A DNA stretch of 64,000 nt from Candidatus Spechtbacterales bacterium (lineage in GTDB: Bacteria; Patescibacteriota; Minisyncoccia; Spechtbacterales; 2-12-FULL-38-22). The position numbers and the translations under genes were made by a program. The notes beneath the pieces are model-generated. The model was given only the letters and a program-made list of their open reading frames with translations, did not search any database and had not been told where the DNA came from. The stretch is taken from the NCBI GenBank assembly GCA_040902285.1, contig JBBDXP010000012.1:8501-72500 (forward strand), read 5' to 3'. This document shows, piece by piece, positions 58,391-64,000 of this stretch (the stretch's first letter is position 1; each line of letters starts with the position of its first letter).

Positions 58391-58490
58391 CAGTAGGTAG
58401 TAGGTAGAATGTAGTAGGTAGAATGTAGTAGGTAGTAGAAAATCCAAAAATAAAAATTCTACTTACTACCTACTACATACTACTTACTAA
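58391..58490. repeat. AT-rich imperfect palindrome built from three tandem 14-bp units (gtagtaggtagaat) and their inverted copy
   Basis: cagtaggtagtaggtagaatgtagtaggtagaatgtagtaggtagtagaa…ttctacttactacctactacatactacttactaa. A related half-site cactacctactacttact lies at 7998-8015. Confidence 0.5.
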
Positions 58491-58508
58491 TTTTGCGAAG
58501 CAAAAATT

Positions 58509-59615
58509 ATGAAAGTTGCGTTAGTCCACGATTATTTAATCCAATACGGAGGAGCGGAAAGGGTTCTTGAAGAGTTTGCGTATATGTTTCCCAAGGCTCC
58601 TATCTATACATTGGTTTATGATGAAAAAGCGACAGGAAGAGCTTTCAAGGGCCGGGATATACGAACTTCTTTTCTTCAAAAAATCCCGCGCCGCGCATCT
58701 TCTTACAAATTTTTTCCTCTCATTATGCCTATGGCTGTAGAAAGTTTTGATCTTTCGGATTATGACCTTGTGCTTTCCAGTTCAGCCAGTTTCGCCAAAG
58801 GAGTCATAACAAGAGAAAAGTCCACGCACATATCGTATTGCCATAGCCCCATGCGGTATGCCTGGTTGGATTATAAAAAAATAACAGGGGACACTTTGTA
58901 TCCTTCTTATCTGGAAAAATTGATCCCCCTTATAATGCCGTATATGAGGATATGGGACAGACAAAGCGCTCAAAGACCCGACTACATAATAACCAATTCC
59001 AATTTTATACGCAGAAAACTTAAAAAATATTATTCAAGGGATGCAGTCGTTGTATATCCTCCTTTAAACTTCGAAAAATTCTACATATCAGCGCCTAAAG
59101 ATTATTTTTTGGTCGTGGGCCGAATGGTTCCGTACAAAAGATTCGATGTGGCCATAAAAGCGTTCAATGATTTAAAACTTCCGCTAAAAATAATAGGAAC
59201 AGGTCCCGAGTATAAAAAATTAAAATCCATTGCCGGTCCCAATATAGAATTTCTCGGTCTTGTTTCGGAAAAGGATTTGGCCAGGCACTATTCCGAAGCA
59301 AGGGCGTTTGTGTTTCCACAGGAAGAGGATTTTGGCATTACGGCCATTGAAAGCATGGCTTCCGGCAGGCCGGTTATAGCTTACGGCAGCGGAGGGGCCC
59401 TGGAGAGCGTAAAAGAGGGAGAAACAGGTATATTTTTCCAAGAAAGAAGCGCGGAATCCCTTAAAGAGGCAGTTAAAAAATTTGAAAATATGGATTTTGA
59501 CCCACAAAAAATAAGAAAGCATGCTGAAAAATTTGATACAATATACTTTAGACGCCAAATTGCGGATTTTATTTTGCAAAAAATAAAAGAATCAAGAAAA
59601 TTAATAAGAACTTAA
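58509..59615 (+). CDS. GT4 family glycosyltransferase
   Basis: MKVALVHDYLIQYGGAERV… C-terminal GT4 E-x7-E region (FPQEEDFGITAIESMASGRPVIA). Confidence 0.75.
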   Translation: MKVALVHDYLIQYGGAERVLEEFAYMFPKAPIYTLVYDEKATGRAFKGRDIRTSFLQKIPRRASSYKFFPLIMPMAVESFDLSDYDLVLSSSASFAKGVITREKSTHISYCHSPMRYAWLDYKKITGDTLYPSYLEKLIPLIMPYMRIWDRQSAQRPDYIITNSNFIRRKLKKYYSRDAVVVYPPLNFEKFYISAPKDYFLVVGRMVPYKRFDVAIKAFNDLKLPLKIIGTGPEYKKLKSIAGPNIEFLGLVSEKDLARHYSEARAFVFPQEEDFGITAIESMASGRPVIAYGSGGALESVKEGETGIFFQERSAESLKEAVKKFENMDFDPQKIRKHAEKFDTIYFRRQIADFILQKIKESRKLIRT

Positions 59616-59618
59616 GGA

Positions 59619-59745
59619 TTCATCCCGTTAGTGACCGCGGTCACGGTATGTCGCTAAATAGGGATTTGTGAGAAATAAATATTAATTAAATCGTCAGGCG
59701 CGTTCGAGATATTATTGATCGCGACCTGTCACTAACGGGATGAAA
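59619..59745 (+). mobile_element. Family-A MITE-like element, copy A5 (divergent interior; perfect 17-bp TIR TTCATCCCGTTAGTGAC); abuts the GT4 gene start
   Basis: ggaTTCATCCCGTTAGTGACcgcggtcacgg…cctGTCACTAACGGGATGAAaatag. Ends with GGGATGA forming the start codon of the 59740 gene. Confidence 0.55.
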
Positions 59746-60888
59746 ATAGCTATAGACGTACGTGCGCTCCAAGGTTCGAAATATGGAGGAGTTTCCGAGT
59801 ATATACGAAATTTATTGCCTGCCATGTTCACGCAAGCGCCCCATCACGAATTTGTATTATTTACCAACTCCAAAAATCCCCAGAACAATCTCGGGGGTCT
59901 TTTGGAATATCCCAATGTGCGTCTTAAATTTTTCAGATATCCCAATAAATTATTTACCTTCTCATGCCGTTTTTTGAATTTACCCAAACTCGACAATATG
60001 GTTGGCGGGGCGGATGTGTTTTTTAGTCCCCATATTCTTCCCGCTCCGGTGTCGTCTGCTTGCCCGAAAGTTACCACTTTTCACGATATATCATTTGAAT
60101 ATTTCAAAGATTTTTTCGATGTCCGCCGCCGTTTATGGCATAAATATATCTCTCCCAAAAAACAAGCTCTTTCTTCACAAAAAATAATTACTGTTTCCGA
60201 ATCAACCAAAAATGACCTCGAAAATTCATACTCAGTCCCACAAAACAAAATAAGCGTGGTGTATTCGGGAATAAACACGGAATTAATGGATGCGGGCAAT
60301 TTGGACTGGCACAGCGTTAAAAATAAATACGGCATAGCAGATAAATATATACTCTCTTTAGGCACTGTTGAGCCGAGAAAAAACATAACAGGCCTTGTGG
60401 AAGCGTTTCATGTTCTTACACAAGATCCAAAATTTAAAGATCTTCAATTGGTTGTTGCCGGAAGTTTCGGATGGTCTTACAGAAAAATAATAGCCGAGGC
60501 GCGCGCTCATTACGGTTATAGCAATATATATTTTATTGGTCCCGTGGCAGATAATGAAAAAGCTGTGCTATACAAAAACGCTTTGTTATTTGTTTATCCC
60601 AGTTTGTACGAAGGTTTCGGTTTTCCTCCTTTGGAGGCCATGTATGCGGGAACACCGGTGATTGTTTCCGGAATTACATCTCTTCCCGAAGTGGTGGGCG
60701 ATGCCGGAGTTTTGGTAAATCCGTACAGCCCGGCCGATATCGCATCCGGAATGAAAGAGGTGCTTGAAGATGATGCCTTGCGCGAAATTTATATATCCCG
60801 CGGAAAAAAGAGAGTTCAAAAATTCTCATGGGATGATACCGCAAAAAAAACTTTGAAAATTTTGGAAAATTGTGTCCAAGGAGTGTGA
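59740..60888 (+). CDS. GT4 family glycosyltransferase
   Basis: EPRKNI…, FVYPSLYEGFGFPPLEAMYAGTPVIVS (GT4 signature). Confidence 0.75.
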   Translation: MKIAIDVRALQGSKYGGVSEYIRNLLPAMFTQAPHHEFVLFTNSKNPQNNLGGLLEYPNVRLKFFRYPNKLFTFSCRFLNLPKLDNMVGGADVFFSPHILPAPVSSACPKVTTFHDISFEYFKDFFDVRRRLWHKYISPKKQALSSQKIITVSESTKNDLENSYSVPQNKISVVYSGINTELMDAGNLDWHSVKNKYGIADKYILSLGTVEPRKNITGLVEAFHVLTQDPKFKDLQLVVAGSFGWSYRKIIAEARAHYGYSNIYFIGPVADNEKAVLYKNALLFVYPSLYEGFGFPPLEAMYAGTPVIVSGITSLPEVVGDAGVLVNPYSPADIASGMKEVLEDDALREIYISRGKKRVQKFSWDDTAKKTLKILENCVQGV

Positions 60889-60933
60889 GATACAGACACT
60901 CCTAAAGCCGTCTATCATGCTATACTATAAATA

Positions 60934-63630
60934 ATGGGTATGGGAAAAATAAATAAAAAAGAGAAGTTTTCTAAACCCCTTGATCTCAATGCTTCGGCAA
61001 AAGGCGCTTCTGGGCGCGACCGTTTTTGGCGAAAGCATATAGATTCCACAGTTGTGGATTTACGCAAGATAAGGGCAAGCGCTTCTAACAAAAAAACTGT
61101 AAAAGCCCAAAAGGAAAAGAAAGAAAAAAAACCGCCCTCGAGGCGCGTGAATCGGCAGGTAGCTCCGGCCAAAAAGCGCGTGTCTAAAAATTCGGACAGG
61201 CGTCTGCCCATGCGAGTTGATGTGTTAAGCCAAGACGAAATTTTACGCCAAATATCGGAAGTGGAAATGCAAGATGTGCTTATAGAGCAGGGCTTTACAA
61301 ATCTGCAAAAAAACCTGGTGGAACTTGCTGCAATGCCCTCGGCGCCTATAACCCCTCAACAAGAATCTTTTTCTAATATCGCGGATGACCAAAATCAGAA
61401 TAAAAAAGCTATCGCGCCGAAAGTCAAAATAAATCTTATACCGCCGACCATACAAACAGCCGATTTAAAAATGCCCCCCAAATCTCCGGTTTCCCAAAAA
61501 GAGCCGGTTAAGGTTGTTAAAGAACGTCTTGTTCGTATTCCCGAAAATCTCCCTATTTATGTGGAAGAAAAACCGCGCCCGATTCCCGAAAAACAACTTA
61601 AAAAATTTGCGCTTCGCGATAATTATAGTAAACGAGATCCTTGGCTAAGGAATCGCCGCCCTATAGATAATTTGTCTAGGCATCGCGCGAAAAAAATCAA
61701 AACACTTGTTTTTGCCGTGTTTACACTTTTTATAGCAGGTTCGGCGCTTATTTCTTTCAAAGCGGTGGCTTTTCAGGAAGAAGCTACAATAAGAGCGGAA
61801 AAGGCCTATTCTTATATGAATTCCGGTAAAAACGCTCTTGAGAAACTGGAAACCGATGAAGCAAAGGAGTATTTTCTAAAGGCGGAAGATGAATTTACGG
61901 CAATAGAAGAGGGGTTTGGATTTCTTCCCGTTCAAACTCTTAACCTTGCCACGGTATTTCCTTTTCAGTCCAAATTTTCTTCGGCCGCGCATCTTATCAA
62001 AGCCGGCAAACAATTTTCAAAGGCCGGATACGAAATAGCAAGCGCTCTTGCGTCTCTGAAGCGTCTTCCTTCCGGTAGCGGCTCTATTCAAGAACAATCT
62101 AACTTTACAGACAATCTTGTAATAGCAAGCACGCATATAAAGGAGGCCAAAAACTATATATCAGGCGCCGAATCTCATCTAAGCCGCGTAAGGCCGGAAG
62201 ATGTACCGGCCAGTTTTGAGGGGGAAATTTTAAATCTTCAAAATTATAGCGGGTATGTGGAAGAATTGTTTGACGAAGCGTTATCTTCTTTAGATGTTTT
62301 GCTTTCTTTTTTGGGGCACCAGGAAGAGAAGGTTTATATGATTGCTTTCCAAAATTCAAGCGAACTTAGAGCAACCGGAGGTTTTATGGGAACGTACGGC
62401 CTTTTGTATCTCAACAAGGGCTCTATAAAAGAACTGAACATAGACGGAATATATAATCCGGATGGCCAATTATCGGTAAACATAATACCCCCGAAGCCAT
62501 TGCAGTATGTAACGCCTAATTTTGGGACAAGGGACGCCAACTGGTTCTTCGATTTTCCATTATCGGCTGAAAAGATAATGGAGATGTTTATTAAAACCGG
62601 CGGCCCCGAATCTGACGGAGTAATAGGCATTACACCGTCCATAGTTGAAAATCTTTTGCGCTTAACCGGTCCGATAGAAATGCCCGAGTACGGCGTTACG
62701 TTGGATGCCAATAATTTCTTAGAACTTGTGCAGCAGGAAGTCGAGCAGGATTATGACCGCGAGCTCAACCGCCCAAAGCAGATACTAACGGATCTGGCGC
62801 CCATACTTTTAGAAAAACTTGAAAAATCCGATAAACAAATAGAAGTACTAAACATATTATTTGAGGGTCTGGGTTACAAAGATATAATGCTTTATTCGAA
62901 AGATAAAAATGTCCAAAAATTTTTGGAAGAAAAGAATTGGGACGGCGGAATTGAAATGGCGCGCTCTTCAGAATCAGTGATAAACGATTATTTGGCGGTG
63001 GTATTTAGCAATATAGGCGGATGGAAAACAGACAGGTACATGGATACAGAAGTAGACACGGTTACCGAAATAGACGACAACGGCGATATAATAAGAACTG
63101 TCATAATATCGCGCAGGCACAACGGCGGTTCAACTCCTTACAAATGGTACAACAGGCCGAATTACGGATACATGAGAATTTATGTTCCCGAAGGTTCCGA
63201 GCTACTATCGGCGGAAGGATTTTCTGAAGAGCCGGATTATATAAATACCAATTACGCCAAAGAAAGATATGTTATAGATCCGATGGTCGCTCAAATAGAA
63301 ACAACTCTTTACAAACATAACGAATCTAATACGGATATTTTTGTGGAATCCGAAAAAACGGTTTTTGGAAACTGGATGCTAGTTCCCGCCGGTGAGAGAA
63401 AATTCGCGCAGATAAAATACAAATTACCCCAAAAAGCGAATCTTAAAGTTATGTCGTATAATTTGACTATACAAAAACAAAGCGGATTGCCCGTCGATTA
63501 CTCGGGTTCCGTAGAAGGACTTAAAGATTTTTTGGGCATAAAAAATTGCTGGCTTGAAGGCAAGCCGCTATTTTCGGACAATCAGTTTGCATTTTTTCAG
63601 ACAAATGATAAAGATATAAGTTGCAGATAG
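60934..63630 (+). CDS. Large membrane-anchored extracytoplasmic protein, DUF4012-like
   Basis: K-rich N-terminus, single TM (TLVFAVFTLFIAGSALISF). Motif FQNSSELRATGGFMGTYGLL resembling the DUF4012 core (…N.E.R.TGGF.G…). Located in a glycosyltransferase cluster. Confidence 0.5.
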   Translation: MGMGKINKKEKFSKPLDLNASAKGASGRDRFWRKHIDSTVVDLRKIRASASNKKTVKAQKEKKEKKPPSRRVNRQVAPAKKRVSKNSDRRLPMRVDVLSQDEILRQISEVEMQDVLIEQGFTNLQKNLVELAAMPSAPITPQQESFSNIADDQNQNKKAIAPKVKINLIPPTIQTADLKMPPKSPVSQKEPVKVVKERLVRIPENLPIYVEEKPRPIPEKQLKKFALRDNYSKRDPWLRNRRPIDNLSRHRAKKIKTLVFAVFTLFIAGSALISFKAVAFQEEATIRAEKAYSYMNSGKNALEKLETDEAKEYFLKAEDEFTAIEEGFGFLPVQTLNLATVFPFQSKFSSAAHLIKAGKQFSKAGYEIASALASLKRLPSGSGSIQEQSNFTDNLVIASTHIKEAKNYISGAESHLSRVRPEDVPASFEGEILNLQNYSGYVEELFDEALSSLDVLLSFLGHQEEKVYMIAFQNSSELRATGGFMGTYGLLYLNKGSIKELNIDGIYNPDGQLSVNIIPPKPLQYVTPNFGTRDANWFFDFPLSAEKIMEMFIKTGGPESDGVIGITPSIVENLLRLTGPIEMPEYGVTLDANNFLELVQQEVEQDYDRELNRPKQILTDLAPILLEKLEKSDKQIEVLNILFEGLGYKDIMLYSKDKNVQKFLEEKNWDGGIEMARSSESVINDYLAVVFSNIGGWKTDRYMDTEVDTVTEIDDNGDIIRTVIISRRHNGGSTPYKWYNRPNYGYMRIYVPEGSELLSAEGFSEEPDYINTNYAKERYVIDPMVAQIETTLYKHNESNTDIFVESEKTVFGNWMLVPAGERKFAQIKYKLPQKANLKVMSYNLTIQKQSGLPVDYSGSVEGLKDFLGIKNCWLEGKPLFSDNQFAFFQTNDKDISCR

Positions 63631-63635
63631 GTTTA

Positions 63636-64000
63636 ATGAGATTTTCCATTCTTAACACTTCAACCCGCTCCGTCACCGGAGCGGCGTTAATACTTGCGGC
63701 ATCAGTTTTAGTGAGCCGTTTTTTGGGTTTGATTCGCGATAGAATATTGGCCGGAATTTTTGGGGCAGGCATAGAGTTGGATACTTATTTTGCCGCCTTC
63801 CGTATTCCCGACCTTATATATAGCGTTATTATAGGCGGAGCCATAACAAGCGCTTTTATACCCGTTTTTATAAATAAACTTTCCAAGGATGAAGAAAACG
63901 CCTGGAAAGTGGCTCAATCGTTTTTTTATATAGCGGGTATCGGTCTTGGCGGCATATCGCTTGTTATGTTTTTGTTAATGCCTCTTGTGATGCCGTTGGT
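63636..64000 (+). CDS. murJ: Lipid II flippase MurJ (MviN), N-terminal part; runs off the window end
   Basis: MRFSILNTS…FLGLIRDRILAGIFGAGIELDTYFAAFRIPDLIYSVIIGGAITSAFIPVF is the MurJ N-terminal signature. Confidence 0.75.
   Translation, partial: MRFSILNTSTRSVTGAALILAASVLVSRFLGLIRDRILAGIFGAGIELDTYFAAFRIPDLIYSVIIGGAITSAFIPVFINKLSKDEENAWKVAQSFFYIAGIGLGGISLVMFLLMPLVMPL

Noticed and set aside
1-64000. CRISPR arrays, Cas genes, restriction-modification, toxin-antitoxin pairs, transposase and integrase genes
   Set aside because: None was recognised. The tandem and inverted repeats found are not CRISPR-like: there are no regular repeat-spacer units. No ORF has transposase or integrase motifs, so the repeat families are treated as non-autonomous.

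Overview
This 64 kb window is AT-rich and gene-dense, with most genes on the + strand. It has no CRISPR array, transposase gene, integrase gene or recognisable defense operon. The plausible source is a small-genome bacterium, possibly a Patescibacteria/CPR-like organism; this is inference, and the evidence is noted in the findings. Main recognisable content, in order:
- **Cell division and DNA precursors:** ftsZ, a class II (B12-type) ribonucleotide reductase, a split ComEC competence channel, ndk and an Fpg/Nei glycosylase.
- **A large secreted protein** with an HExxH motif and about seven repeats, apparently frameshifted.
- **A lysine (DAP) biosynthesis cluster:** dapB, dapA, lysA and a DapL-type aminotransferase.
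- **Assorted envelope and housekeeping proteins:** secreted or membrane peptidases (ATLF-like, rhomboid, L,D-transpeptidase, M3, site-2 protease), NUDIX hydrolase, Na+/H+ antiporter, CAP-domain protein and a PQQ-type sugar dehydrogenase.
- **Minus-strand block:** a DUF3105 protein, tRNA-Pro(GGG) and rpmB.
- **A complete str–S10–spc ribosomal cluster** from rpsL to map, which lacks rpmD.
- **Glyco-envelope and central metabolism genes:** GT2, GalT-like, DedA, tpiA, pgk, a WbaP-like sugar transferase, two GT4 genes and a DUF4012-like protein.
- **Others:** recJ, an RNase H, RNase P RNA (rnpB, minus strand) and the start of murJ.

The most striking non-genic signal is two families of small repeated elements.
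- **Family A** has five copies of a roughly 120 bp element with 15 bp terminal inverted repeats. Each sits exactly at a gene start, often at a former ATGA stop/start overlap, flanked by ATGAR direct repeats.
- **Family B** has three to four copies of a GC-rich, roughly 100 bp core embedded in long AT-rich inverted flanks.

Other points of note:
- A 57 bp direct duplication of the tRNA-Pro 3' end and flank.
- An 850 bp gene-free gap bounded by terminators.
- A GTAGTAGGTAG-repeat palindrome.
- A Phd/YefM-like acidic ORF between fusA and tuf.
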